Shown in pieces: positions 1 to 13,415 of a stretch of DNA of 64,000 nucleotides. Positions within the stretch are counted from its first letter, which is position 1, and each line of letters begins with the position of its first letter. The translations under genes and the position numbers were made by a program. Source of the stretch: Felis catus (lineage: Eukaryota). The notes beneath the pieces were generated by a model. The model had not been told where the DNA came from. It saw nothing but the letters and a program-made list of their open reading frames with translations, and did not search any database. Location of the stretch: assembly GCF_018350175.1 (NCBI RefSeq), contig NC_058368.1, forward strand, positions 46,998,001 through 47,062,000, read 5' to 3'.

Positions 1-388
1 AGTTCCAGGAGTTAAGCCCTGCTGATTTTAAGAAGTAGCAAATTTAAGTCCCTCTGGTTTTCAGAGCCAAGTGTTATGGGGATTCATCTTCCCCATGTGA
101 GTTCCCTGTGACTGAGGTGCCTAGTGTGAGGGTGTATTTTTCTCTCCTCTCAGCATTCACAGTGTCCCTCCCTTCCATGGACCATCTGTTTAGTTCCCAG
201 TCACATCCCTGCCCTTCCTACCTTCCTTGATGTGGCCTCTTCTCTAAATTTAGCTATAGATAGTCTGTTCTGCCAGGCTTTGAGTTATTTTCTAGGTTGT
301 TTACACTGACGTGGGTGTTACCTAGTTGTATCCATGGGATGAAGTGGTTTAAGATCCTCCTATTCTGCCATCTTCCCCAGAAGTCCCC
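1..388 (-). mobile_element. Carnivore L1 5' end/5'UTR; element continues left of the window
   Basis: Reverse complement of 360-388 reads GGGGACTTCTGGGGAAGATGGCAGAATAG, the typical L1 start (GGAAGATGGC motif). Upstream sequence resembles carnivore L1 5'UTR. Confidence 0.75.
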
Positions 389-646
389 TACTGTTACATC
401 ATTTTTAACCTCTTCTCGTCTAAGTTCTCAGGCAAAAGATGTTGGAGTAAATAGAGTCACAAAACAGTCCGAGAAGCACATACTGATGCAGTATGTGTGG
501 AACAGAGAAACTTGGGTAAGCAAATTAGAAGTAATTCCATGGCCTATCAGAGCACAGAGTAAGAAGCAAATTGAAAATGGCTGGGGACAGATGGATTGAG
601 AACATTTATGCATTTCTTGGGTTTTGTTTAAAAAAAGCATTATGTT

Positions 647-844
647 GGGACAGCAGGGTGGCTCAGTAGGTTAAGCATCAGACTCTTGGTTTCGGCTCAG
701 ATTATGATCTCATGGTTCGTGGGTTGGAGACACATGTTGGGCTCTGTGCTGGCAGTGCAGAGCCTGCTTAGGATTCTCTCCCACTCTTTCTTGGCCCTTC
801 CCCTGCTCTCACTCTCTCTCTCAAAACGAATAAACTTAAAAAAA
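647..844 (+). mobile_element. Can-SINE (older SINEC_Fc2-like)
   Basis: tRNA-like head GGTGGCTCAGTAGGTTAAGCA, (CT)n region, AATAAAC plus A tail. Confidence 0.95.
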
Positions 845-3800
845 GAGAGAGTGGTATTTTGAATGTGTATTGCTTTGGGAGGAGAATTAGGAAGAAGAGA
901 TTTTTCTCAATAAGTCCCTGTATTGCCTAACACACTGTAGTGAGTAGATACTCAATTTGTGTTTGGAGGCCAATTTACCCTAAAAGACCCAAATATTATA
1001 CTGACTGAATGAGCAAATTAAAGTACAAATAATTAAATATCTAGCTAATAAAGTTACATCAAATAAATCAAAGTTTACAAGTCCCAAACACTTCAGAAGA
1101 ATTTCAGAGTCACTACTACTTGACAGGCTAAAACAATATCAGTTCATTCTCATTAAAATACTGAAATCAAATCTTGTTAGCTTTTTTAATAACATGAAAT
1201 TAAATGTTTACTTTTCGGAATTTGTTGTTATTACTCACTAAAGAAAATTAACTGTTCCATTATTTATCATTAGTGGCACATTTATGCAATGTGACTAGTT
1301 GACATGTTTTGTTTTTCATCTTTGAAAGATTAACAATGAATAAGACTTCTTTCGATCAATAGACCCTTATATTTATATGTGAAATGGTCCACAGAATCTA
1401 ATTTATGCTATTCTTGAATGAACATTACTTAGCACTTTCTTCCTAAAACCTTTTTATATTCTTATAAAATTCTTATCCAGATGATTTATTCTTTGCTGAT
1501 TAAAAATGAAGACGACCATAAGTTTATTAATTGTTAGATTTATATCTGCAACCTGAAAGTGAGTGAATCAAATGTAAATTCCATGTCATATGCAAATGTA
1601 AAATAGATTTATATAATCTAACAAATTTACCAACGAAACTTAATGGTATGCACTAAAAATTATTTTGCAGCACACACAACATAAAATTTACATTGTAAAC
1701 CAAGGTACTACCTGCAACTCATATATGCATAGGAACATGTCTGTAGCCACCAAGCCACTCGAATCCTCCCATTACATATATAGGGTTTTGCAGTACGGAG
1801 AAAGCACTGCAATTTCCCTGAATGAAAATTCTTAACTTTAAAACACAAAAACAAACCAAATTCTATCACAGACAAAAGCTTAAGAGCGAGAAGCCCTAAT
1901 GGTCACCAAGCTTGCACAAAATTCAAATATTGCGTGGATACACACATCCTCTGGATTACGCAATGCGGTAATCATGCTAGTATTATAGTACATGACGGCC
2001 AATGTTCTCAGAATTGTACTTGCAGTTTTCACACTTTCCTCGTCTTTGCATTAATTTTGCTAATGTTTGCTTTAGAAGTAGACAGAGGCGATAATTCACT
2101 TAGATGATACCTCGCTTATTTGGAGCAAGTAATTTCATACTCCATGAAAATGAAAATATTGTGGTTATGAGACTTTTAGTCAAAATCAAGATGTATTGTT
2201 AAAAAACAACTCAAATGAAGCTCTATAACTTCATAGTTATCCAGCCAAAGGGTAGTTTGGTTTCATAGATAACTATGTTAATGATCATTTTTAATTTTCC
2301 TATTATTAGTGTAGCTTTATATTTAGAAGAGTTAGTGAATAAAATAATTATCCATCCTGAGTTCAGTGCTTGTCTCTCTAACTGTCCTACATAAAATCTT
2401 TAGACAGAAAAAAAAAATCAAAGCTTTGTAGAACAAATGAATTAATTGTGAAATTAATTGGGCCATGTTTCTACTTTTAAAAATCAAGTTACATTTTAGT
2501 AAGTCTGTGAAAACTTTTACCAAAAAAAATCTTTAATCAGGCTGAATATACTAATGTAATCAGCTCCCTGTATTTTTGAAAATAGTTTCTTCATTTTATG
2601 AAGGATGCTTAACTTATTATAAAGAAAAATATTAATAAAATAATGGTGAAATATTTAATATGATATTCTATAGATGAGAAATATCATTGACATCGTAGTG
2701 ATACAAATACATTTTGCATTAGCTTTTAGATTGGAAGGCTCAATTTCCAGAAGTTTCATATTAAGAAAATGTTGAGTTCCTACAAATACTAAATCCACAA
2801 CAAAAAGCATAAGAAAGTATGCTTTGTACCCAAACTGGACGATATTTCACTCATCATTTTTTTTTTTGCTGATTTTTAAATCTTGCTTTAATATTTGCAT
2901 CACAGCACTAGAGGAATTAAGTGAGACACTGCAGAAGAATTTTGCAACACTGCAAAATACTTCCACACTTTTTTTTCAAGAATGGAATCAAAGTGTTGTT
3001 TTTGTGCCCTCGAATTAAGTAAACACATCATAGTTATTTATTTATTTTTTGTGAGCTTCATGGTGCTGAGAATTAGAATGCTTACTTTAGATATAAAGAT
3101 CAAGGTTATGGCGTACAAAGAACCAGAGCTGCTACAAAAGGAGGAAGGAGAGAGGGAGAGAGAATTTATTTCTTGTCAGAATATCTATCTTGTTTCTTAC
3201 GTGGCTACATATGGTGCTTTAATTTTCCTCCTTCAAATTTGTTTTCTTACGTGATCTCTGTAGAACATGTTCTCAGAGCAGCACTTTCCTAACAATCTCC
3301 TGCATTATCACATGCCCTGAAAATGTGATGTCTGGAATACTTTAACACTCCCACATACACAAATGTAGAAAATAAATAACCCAGTATATTCATATTGTTA
3401 GGGTGCAACAACTCATAAATATTTATTGAGAGAGTAAGTACAGCTTTGAAATGAGAGTGTGGTTTTAAAATTGAAGTCAATCTGAGTTGTGTTCTGTGTC
3501 AATACTCAATTGCTGAATGACTGTGGCCAAGTTTATCATTCTCACCCCTGCTACCTCTCTGTCTTCCTGATTTAATTCTTACTTTAAGTACAGTATAAAG
3601 CCCCGAGCTCAGTAACTACTCACTGAATGTATTACTATATAAACATATCCCAGAGTTCTCATCCATGTAAGAAAAATAGGTACTATAACAGATACAACTG
3701 AAGTTATCTGTTCAATGTCTCTGAATGAAAGAACCAGGGATTTCTGGGGAGGAATGACACTTCACAGTTGATGGGACTGGATCACGAAGGTTCAGATGGT

Positions 3801-3849
3801 AGGTAAGGAGTTTGGCTGCTTTCTTAGGCAACTTGGTGCACTTTTTAGA

Positions 3850-4432
3850 GTATTGTCTTCATTTATACTTTATCTGTTACTTGATCAGGTGTGCAAACCC
3901 AGGGAGCAATAGTATTGGGCAAAGAGAGTGAGGCAGGGGAGGAGAGAGTTCCAATAAGAAAAGCATTTTTGGTCAGCTTAAACTGAAGAATTGCTTCATC
4001 TTGCAGAAAGTTCCTCCAAGAACTAGACTACAAATCAGGCCAGTTGTATCTAAAGGAAGAAATGGGGCAAAATTAATCCACGTGTTCCATGGGTCAAAGG
4101 TGCGTCCGAGGCTCATTAATTCTCTTCAACTTCAAAGTTAACTTGCAAACCAGAGCAAGACAAGTAATGCCTTTCACCCTACATTAACAGGGAGGCCCCA
4201 GAGCAGTGTGCAAAAAGTGTGCTTCCCTTGCCTTGGAAATTGTGTGGGTGTGGTGTAGAGATGGCATATCCGTGAGGCTAATGCAACCAGAATTACTGCC
4301 TGAAGTGACTAGACAGTCACTCTGGCCCTCATCTCAAGCTTTGAGAGAGAAGTCAAATTTCAGGAATTATGCTGCTGAGATTGAGGGGTTGTTTGCTCTT
4401 GCAGCATAACTTAGTTTCTCCTGACAAATACA
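3850..4432. mobile_element. Old LTR sequence; 3' part is an MLT1 (H/J-like) LTR end on +, 5' part possibly an ERVL LTR16-like fragment on -
   Basis: Ends GCAGCATAACTTAGTTTCTCCTGACAAATACA, an MLT1 3' terminus. The upstream part is only loosely recognisable. Confidence 0.5.
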
Positions 4433-5860
4433 GAAATTTCGTGGAGAGAGGAGTGTTCCAATAATAAGAAAATTAGCATATGTGACATTGGCAGAGCAAT
4501 TGTGTCGGTTAAGTAAGGAAACACGCTAGAATTTGGAAACATGGCACTTCATATTTTGCAGAAACAAAATATTTGGCAAAACTGTTGTGTGGTATGATTT
4601 GTAAAGTAGCACGTGCGTTTAATGAACTTGTAGCATCAGGAAGAGAGAGAACACACTGTTGAAAACATACATTTTGTGCAAATGTGTAATTGACATGATA
4701 GTAGAGGAGGTCCCTTCAGGAAAGAACTATCTAGATCAAAGCAGAAATGAAGAATAATCAAGAGATTCCAAAAATTGAGAGACTCCTAATTTTAGCATCA
4801 GTGACTTATTTGAGAACGAAAACAGAAGGTCTTAGCACGGCAAAACCCGATTAAGTCCTATTCTGTGACAAAGATCAGACTATGGAAATTGCCCTCACCC
4901 CTACCGTGAAGCTCACACAGCTTAAACTGACTGAGGTAAAAGATCAAGCTAGGGAAACAGTTTCACTCAGCAGCTGGGTAACTCTGAGGAGCCTCCTTCA
5001 AATTGAGAGAGAAGTAAGGAGACGAGAAAGCAGAGGAAAAAAACAGATCTACGAACTTTTTAAGAAAGAAATATTTGTGGGGTGCTTGGGTAGCTCAGTT
5101 GGTTAAGCATCTGACTTTGGCTCAGGTCACGACCTCACAGTTCATGGGTTTGAGCCCTGCATCAGGCTCTGTGTTGTCAGCACACAGCCCGCTTCAGATC
5201 CTCTATCCCTCTTTCTCTGCCCCTTTCCACCCTCTCTCTCAAAGTAAATAAACAAACTCTTAAAAAAAAAAAAAAAGAAATATCTGTGAATGTGGTTATT
5301 GGCATGTGGAAGTAATTGGAATCAATTTGGCAAAACTGGACTGAAGAAAGAAACTCTGAGCCCGGATGAAAAATTCTTGTGGTGACTATTGGAGATTTAG
5401 GTTGACTCTTGAACCCCTTGCCTTTCTTGAGAATTTGTTACCTAAGAAATCTGGTAAGCTATCAGGGAGAGAACATTTCTGATGTGGTCCGAAAGGATTG
5501 AAGAAAAGAATCTCTTGCAGGGTGGAGTCAGGAGCCACGGAGGAAATTAGAAAAGGTAGAAGGCATTCCAAAGGAGGAGACTGTCATAGTCTCCCCAGAG
5601 AGTCTTCACATTTGCTGTAGACCAGAGACTGCTGTTGGTCTCCCATTCTTCTATTTCCCAAACAGGGGTGCTCACCGTCACCTCTTTGCCCCGTTTCGTC
5701 ATCACGTATTGTGTAAATGCGGAGAAGAGGCAGAGAACTGCCATAGTTTTCCGTGCCGCTGAGAGCTGTCACCCAGAGACTTCAGGCCTCGGTCTCAGTC
5801 GTGTGACTGGATGGAGTTTGGGGATGGAATGCCGGCTGAGAGTTTCAGTGTTGGGATAAA
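4433..5860 (+). mobile_element. MaLR internal region (MLT1-int), interrupted by a SINE
   Basis: Starts right after the LTR terminus (GAAATTT...ATATGTGACATTGGC). Contains MLT1-int-like blocks ATTTGGCAAAACTG and TTGCTGTAGACCAGAGACTGCTG...TCTCCCATTCTTC. Confidence 0.7.
5079..5276 (+). mobile_element. Can-SINE inserted in MLT1-int
   Basis: Full head, CT region and A tail; TSD AAAGAAATAT(T/C)TGTG. Confidence 0.95.
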
Positions 5861-6482
5861 CTCTCTGTAGCACCTAAGTAGCAGCACGGCATGGGCCGCT
5901 CCATTTCTGAAATTTTTTAAGGTCATCAAATGCCTTTCGGATGCCTACAATCAGATAACCTATCCCTACGGCATCATTCAAAAAGCGTCTTGATTCCTCT
6001 CATGTGTCCTGATGGTGTAGATGGCAATATAAATAAAAATACCTGAAGTCCCTGGTTTCCTGAAACAGAGATTCTTATGGGGGAAACAGGCTGTAACCAG
6101 TTTCTACAAATTGTATAATAATAATACATTTGTAAAACTGATATACCTAAACGTACGTACAAGTAGGTGGGTGGATGCAAGTGTATAAAGGAATCAATCG
6201 ATAAGTGCCATGAAGATAAATTAGGTAAAATGTGAGGACAGGAGCGAAAAGGGGGTCAGGGAAGGTCTCTTTGAAACTACAGTTGATCACATTTAACACA
6301 TTGTTGACATTATAACTCTAATTTTGAATTTTACGACATTACACTTGTTTATCTCTTTTACGTTTTTTTATGGAAATTTTTCTCAGGCATCTTCCCCTCC
6401 TCTTTGTTGTTTCACCTTAGCTCTGCCTTTCTCTGAATATTGGTGAGCCTTGGTGTTCTGTCCTTGACTTGTCTCCTTTTCT

Positions 6483-6680
6483 TTTTTCTTTAAAAATGTT
6501 TTATTTATTTTTGAGACAGCACAGTGGGGGAGGAGCAGAGAGAGACAGAGAGAGAGAGAGATCTACAGCAGGCTTTGTGCTGACAACAGTGAGCCAGATG
6601 TGGGGCTTGAACTCATGAGCCAGGATATCATGACCTGAGACGAAGTCAGAAGCTCAACTGACTCAGCCATCCAGGTGCCC
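6483..6680 (-). mobile_element. Can-SINE
   Basis: Antisense SINE with 18-bp TSD TGACTTGTCTCCTTTTCT (6465-6482 and 6681-6698). Confidence 0.95.
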
Positions 6681-6734
6681 TGACTTGTCTCCTTTTCTAC
6701 CTCCATGTTCCCTCTCTGAGCAGCTGCATCATTT

Positions 6735-7015
6735 ATTTATTCATTCATTCCACAAGTATTTTTGAACTGCTACTATATGTCAGGCACCGTGCTAGGCTCC
6801 GGGAAAAACATTTGTTCTCATAATGTTTACAGTAGAGTAGGAGATATACACATTATGTAAATGATTACATGAATAACTATTTAAACAATTGTAATAAATG
6901 TTGAAAAGGAAAAGGGCAAGCTTCGCTGAGAGTATGCTAAGAACACCTAGAGAGGATGAGGTAGTGTGGGAGCTTTATAGACAGAAGAGTGTGTGCAAAG
7001 ACCCTGTGGCAGAGA
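6735..7015 (-). mobile_element. L2 3' end
   Basis: TTCATTCATTCCACAAGTATTTTTGAACTGCTACTATATGTCAGGCACCGTGCTAGG is the reverse complement of the L2 terminus. Confidence 0.75.
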
Positions 7016-8440
7016 GGGACATTTCTGGACCAGCAACTTTGCAAAGGTAAGAATGCAGAATGCTTCTAATTCCCTTTTATCTCTGGCATTGGCCAGCATT
7101 TGGAGCAGAACACTCAAAAAATTTTTCTGAAGCAAATATCTTATATAAGTAGTAACAGGAGGAAAAACCCAGTAAGAAGGCAACTGAGAAATCAGCAAAT
7201 ATTATATATAGTAACACACATAGCAAATTTTATATGACATAACTTACTAATGAGAATGTTAATTCTTTTAGGGGCAAAATATTATTTAAAGGCAAGTGTT
7301 AACTTTATGAGTAACCCATGTGCTGTATAGAACTAAACTAATTCTCAAGTTCAAATTCAATTCTCATGCCTTATAAAAGAAATTATTTTTTCTTGCTATC
7401 TGAAATGAATGTATGTTAAAAAGAAATATGAGCTAGGTTTACTTATGTAGTACTTCTAATATAAAATTGGGATTTATAGCCTACATTAATTATATAAGCT
7501 ATAAAACAATGGTTCTGTGCCCTGGTTTTAAATTTCACTTCCACTCTATAGTACCACGATGATTTTTTTGTTGTTCTTCCTATTTTTTTTTTTGGAAAGC
7601 CATAGGTAGGAAGAACAAATTTGAGAGTCCTTTATTTTCCCAATCTGAGACCTGCTTATCATTTTATACTGTGTAATAAAATTTAATTTAAAATTCCTTT
7701 TTATGTATTTATTACCTCAGCTAATCCTACCCTGGGACAATAGTATGTTTATATCCTGCTTAATAGCGTAGTGTTTTACAGATACAGGTGGGGTTATATG
7801 TTTGCCAAGGTAAATGAATATAGTAATCCTAACTTCTACATATCTCTTTGTGTTCTCTGCTTCCTGTCATTCCCACTGCCCCATCCTGACAGATAACCAT
7901 CCTCTGGCTCCTAGACCTCTGGATAAGTGTCCACATTCCTGTTTCTGCAAGTAGTTTCATCACCTTGGCAACTAGAGTAATTACTTTTTGACATACACCT
8001 GAGAAGGTTACTCCTCCTCTTGGAAAAGTTCAGTGGAGCCAGGAACAACGCACTCTGTATTGTAGAGAGGCGGGGAAAGGAGACCCACTGCAGTGAGTGG
8101 AGAGTGGGTGGAGAGAGCATGGGAACAATGAGACTGAAACTGGAGTCAATTGGCCAGGAAGGAAAGGAGAGAAAATGGGGAATGGCAGAATGATGGAACC
8201 AAGAGAAAGATGGGCTAATTATTAGAAGAAGGTCTTAGAGGATCTGATGGAATGAGAGAGAAGCCATAGGTGAAGATGTTAGTCTCAGAGAATAATGGAT
8301 GGATAGGTTCAATGTTTATCTTGCCCATAGAAGAGAGAAAGAGTGAGAGATAATTGAATGATATTAGAAAACTGAAAAAAGACAAAATGAGGAAGAATGT
8401 TGGATGATCTTTATCTTCCCATTTAACCAGGAGGCAAGAA

Positions 8441-8486
<46 letters not shown>

Positions 8487-8526
8487 CCTATAGATAGATA
8501 GATAGATAGATAGATATAGATATATA

Positions 8527-8570
<44 letters not shown>
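8441..8570. repeat. Compound microsatellite (TATC)n-(TAGA)n-(TA)n
   Basis: Directly visible. Confidence 0.98.
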
Positions 8571-8572
<2 letters not shown>

Positions 8573-10036
8573 GTATCTAATATGACCCCATAACAAATGG
8601 CTGTTAAAATTCCATTAACTTTATTTTATAAGCTGAACAAAATGTTTTGTTATTTTGCCGAGACCAATACCAAACAACTTCTTCAGGTGTCTTTCTCAGT
8701 AAACCTAAGTGATAATGAGCACAAACTATGAATATAATACAATTAGAAATGAATTATACACCTATGCCATTACCATAAAAAAATAATGATCACAGAAGTC
8801 AGGGTTACGGTCAAAGACTCTTGAGTCTAAACTGAAATTATGCCCAGATCAAATGTGGGACACTCATAAGGTCATTTAAAATAATTTTAATGATTATACT
8901 AATAGTTAACATGTTTTAAAAGCTTATTTTAGGATAAGCTTCTCTTTTGAAAAGGGAAAATTAGTGCCATTTGTGTGATGCAAAAAAAATGGAACAACAA
9001 AGTCTGAATGGTGATGATGATAGATAGTAATAATATCATTTAAATTAGCATAAATCATTGGGAAAGTCTGATTATAAAAAGGCAAAGCAGTTTAGCACAT
9101 GGTCATATTTCACATCATAAATGTGAAATATTATAATTCTATTATCTATTCTTTCTATGAAAAGTTAGCTCCTTCAAGAATGTCTTAATGAATAATAAAA
9201 CTGACTTGATTTTTCCTACAACAGTCAACTTTTCTGTCACGCTATGAATGATTAATAATGACTGTATGCTCAATCGTTTCTTCTTCTCCAGATAAAAGTA
9301 GTATTCTAACATAAGATTTTTATTTTTTTAGTTGTATAGGGGGTAAAAAGATACTCTGAACATACAGAACAGCTGAAATAGAAAGAAAAAATGTCAATCA
9401 AAATCTCCCTTCTACTCAAAATAGTTATCTTCTAATACCTAGGCTTCGGTGGTTATTTTATCATGTTCTAGAAGAGATGGCATATTTTTTGCATGTGTTA
9501 CATTATCTTCATTGGCATTTTTATATTATAATACAGTGAATTTGAAGTTAGAGCTAGACTTTTTCAATAAGTAAAGTTACCAATTCAAGAATATCTTAGC
9601 TGAATAAAAAATGACAACCCATATTTTTTAAAACTGTAGGAGTTCATGTATAAATGTTTCTCTACACATTTACAAGAACAGCATCCTTTGACAAAGGTCT
9701 AAAAATGCCTGTGAAAGCCAAACATAATAACATTGTTATTCTGCTACTTATTAACAGAACAACGCATCCTATAACAATTTAGATATGAATATTGCAAACT
9801 GAATTTAATATTAAGCTGTCTTTGAAATGCCACTTTGCGGCAGGTTTTCAAATGCTTAAAGCACAGCAGGAGATTAACTCCGTCTTCAAATATTAAATCA
9901 AAACCTTTTTTTAACCTGATAAATCTTACTGAAAGCAAGGGCTCTTTTTCAGGAGAAAATTATTCAACTATCAGAAGAGAAAACTAAACTTCCAACTATT
10001 GCTGGCACATGGTCTGTTTTAACACTGAAATACAAA

Positions 10037-10085
10037 GATAGAAAGATTTATGATGGATGATAGAGAGATGGATGGATGGATAGAT

Positions 10086-10119
<34 letters not shown>

Positions 10120-10127
10120 GGATAGAT
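10037..10127. repeat. Imperfect (GATG)n/(GATA)n microsatellite
   Basis: Directly visible. Confidence 0.95.
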
Positions 10128-10568
10128 GCAACAGTAATCATACTTCTGAACTGGTTTCAACAAACACATGATTGTGTGCACTTTTTGTGACTGCAGCACA
10201 ATTTTTGTCTAAAATTATAATTAAGCACCTCATCATTTAATTTTTGCTATATTTGCATATTATTTCCCATCTGCATAAGCTCATTGGAGGTAATACATTT
10301 CTTTGTATTCGTCAGGGATGCCCAACATTTATTAGTTTGATAGTTCCTCATAAGATGTTACAGATACATCTATGCTCAGTATAAAGATACCTACAAGGTA
10401 ATTTTCAACCTACGCACCTACCTACCTATCTACTTCCTATCTTCCCATCTAGCTAATTAATTACTGTCTACCTACGTATCCATCATAAATTTCCCCTTCT
10501 TTGCAAAGTGGAATTTCAGCCAATGTGACAGTATTCAATTCTCTAATTCATCACATAAACTCTATGAG

Positions 10569-10698
10569 TCAGCTGTCCGTCACATTGCACGTGTCAGGAA
10601 AACTGTCCCCAAGCTGACTGGCAGCCTGATGTGGGTAGTTCCAGTACTCCATATTAATTAGCTCCCTGTGGAGCTGGAATTGTCTTATTAGACTGTTC
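10569..10698 (-). other. Candidate downstream exon segment (acceptor at 10698; left boundary is only the in-frame stop)
   Basis: Acceptor TTGGTTCTTTAG|G in unique sequence; open frame to TGA at 10569-10571. Confidence 0.2.
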
Positions 10699-11959
10699 CT
10701 AAAGAACCAACCACCAAGAAGCTTAAAATAACTATATTTCACTTGGATGACAGAAAAATGCAAAAATGCAATTAAAAAAAACCCAGAATAAACATATTGC
10801 CAAATACTGTTAATGTTTTAAACAAGGAGTCATACGTAACTCATTTGAGTTTAGGGAGAATTGCTAATATAATGTTGCTAATCATCTAATGACACTATTT
10901 TTCTTTCTCTGGTTGTACTAATCTTTACTTCTAATTTTTTCTAGCAGAGAAATGCCAAGCGTGAGCCAAATAAGAAATTATTTTTAAGTAGATGCTTATT
11001 TCCAAGAATTTATAATGAGATAATCAGTTTTATTTCTTAAAGCCAAACAGCTCAGTGATAGATAGTAACAACTCACCCCTAACTTATCAAATATAGAGAG
11101 GCAGATTCACTCTCTATACATGGTTATTTGCTTTCTTTATTTTATGAGCATTGCCACTCTCTTGAAAATTGAGTCTATAAATAATATGTAAGTGGAAATC
11201 TATCAGATGTTGCTTGTTTACTTGTATATTACTAATAATTCAAGATTTATATCTTGTATTTTAACAGAGGGCCTGATTAAATCACAGACTTACTGAATAT
11301 AATTTTTCAATTCTATAGATTCAGCTAAAAAATTAAAGTTATAGAGGCTGAATAGATTTACTGGTTGAAATAAAATGCTATAGTGGAAATGTGAAAGTGG
11401 TTTCAGAGAACGTTAAACATGATTCCCAATCCTATAGCAAAAGCCATTATCAACTATATAACATGGGTCAGGTTCCTTAACCTTCAAGAGACCTCTGTTT
11501 CCTTATCTCTAAAACTGGGATATAGATCATATCATAAATTTCAAATTTAATAATATTTTAGTAGAATATTGAGTGAGATTTTCCACATGTCCTGGAATCG
11601 GCCATTCCTGTCCAATGCTCAGATGGAGAAAGTCTTCTCCATCAAAAATAATCCTGTATTTAGATTTTATTATTTAAGTTACCCCCTTTTACCTACCTTT
11701 AAAGCAGTCATGAGCTCTTTTAAAAAATAAAGTCTTTCTTTCTTAAGGTATTATTTTCCATTATTCTAAAAAAAAAAAAAAAAGACATGTTCTGGTCTAG
11801 TCATTTATGGCATCAGAAGGAATCTCAGAATGGAAAACTGAAAAACTTCCTGGGCTATAGTTCACACTCTGATTAAATTTTCATTCTGATTAAATTATGG
11901 ATGAGCACAAACTGCTTATTGATAAGCAACATTGAAAAATAAAATGTATTTTGCTGACA

Positions 11960-12593
11960 TCACAAAAAAGAGAGGCAGTTAGATAGCCTTCTGAACCTGA
12001 AAAGTCTTCTGGATCCAATTGTCAATATATAAGGACAGAGGAACATATCAAAGGATACCATGGGGTTGCAATATGCAAAATCCAGAGAGAAGATACTCTA
12101 CCAGAAGTATGGCTCGGTTTCTTCAACAAATAAATTACAACACAAAAGAAAGACATGGATGGAGATCTGTTTGATTAAAAGACACTTAAAACACATGTCA
12201 ATCATTCATCATGTATGGGCTTCATTTGGTTTCTGGTTAAAATATATGTGCTGAAGAAAAATGACAATGAGACAAACAGAAATTGAATAATACTTAGATA
12301 TTTGATGATAGTAAAGTATTATTTATTGGGTTTTTAGACATGAAAATAAGAAAGTGTTTATATTAAAGAAATCTTTTATTTTAGAGATGTATACTAAAAT
12401 GCATATGGACAAATTTATATGAGTGTGAGATTTGCCTAAACAGAATATGTAGCGAGGAGAAAAATAAGTGAGGGAAAGATGAAGCAAAATTGACCATGAG
12501 TTAATAATTGTTGAAGCTTGGTGATGAATACTTAGGGGATCATTAGAAGAGTTTGTTTACTTTTGTTTATGTTTATAATTTTCCATAATAAAA
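11960..12593 (+). mobile_element. Ancient L1M (L1MC/L1ME-type) 3'UTR
   Basis: Motifs GATATTTGATGATAGTAAAG and TTGACCATGAGTTAATAATTGTTGAAGCTTGGTGATG, ending TTTTCCATAATAAAA. Confidence 0.75.
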
Positions 12594-13415
12594 CATCAAA
12601 GAAATAACATCTGATCTTATAATACAACATAGCAAATTTGTAAAAATTAATCATCTCAAACTTAGAAGATTCTCTAGTTTCTCAATTACAGTTTCCATCT
12701 GTGTTTGAGGGTGGCCAATTTAAAACATTCTGTACTGATTTCTTAAAGGCTACAAATCTAACGTCATATTTTTCTGACTTTTTCCCAATATTGCTGGGTG
12801 GCAGTTATGGAATGGCAATGGGAGAGGTCATTGTTCTATAGTTCCCAGGGAGTTACTGATACTTACTTACCAATAGAAACTATCAAGGTATAATGGAGTT
12901 AGGTGTAGATCAAAGAACATTAGTATATTACTCTTCCATTTTATTTTGACAATATACTCAATATAATAATTGAAAATGAATTATAGAGGGAAAAAAAGAA
13001 AATGCACTATGAGACCAAAAGTAAGTTATGTGATAATGATCCATAATTTTGAATTAGCTTCAATTACTAACTTTGTTTTCAGGGGAAACATACTAGAGGT
13101 AAGATTTAAGACAACTAATCCAAAGCCGTTTTCTGTAAAAGATGGATCTTGGAGCAGATTTTGAAAAAAAGTTATAAATTCATGAAAAGGAAAAATTGAA
13201 GATAATATGTAATATATATTATATGTATATAATTTATATAATATATACACATATATATTACTGCTTAAAATGTAAAGTTTTTATAAGGCTAACATTAAAC
13301 ATAATTTTATGCCTATATTAACTTGGTTTCTAATTAATTAAAGATTGAGAAGGATTCAGAAGTTCCTTATTATTCAGACATCTATAAATCTTATTTTAAA
13401 AACAGATTGAATTAT

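Noticed and set aside
297..599. 100-aa ORF on +
   Set aside because: Begins in antisense L1 5'UTR with a non-ATG start and runs into flanking DNA; no recognisable product.
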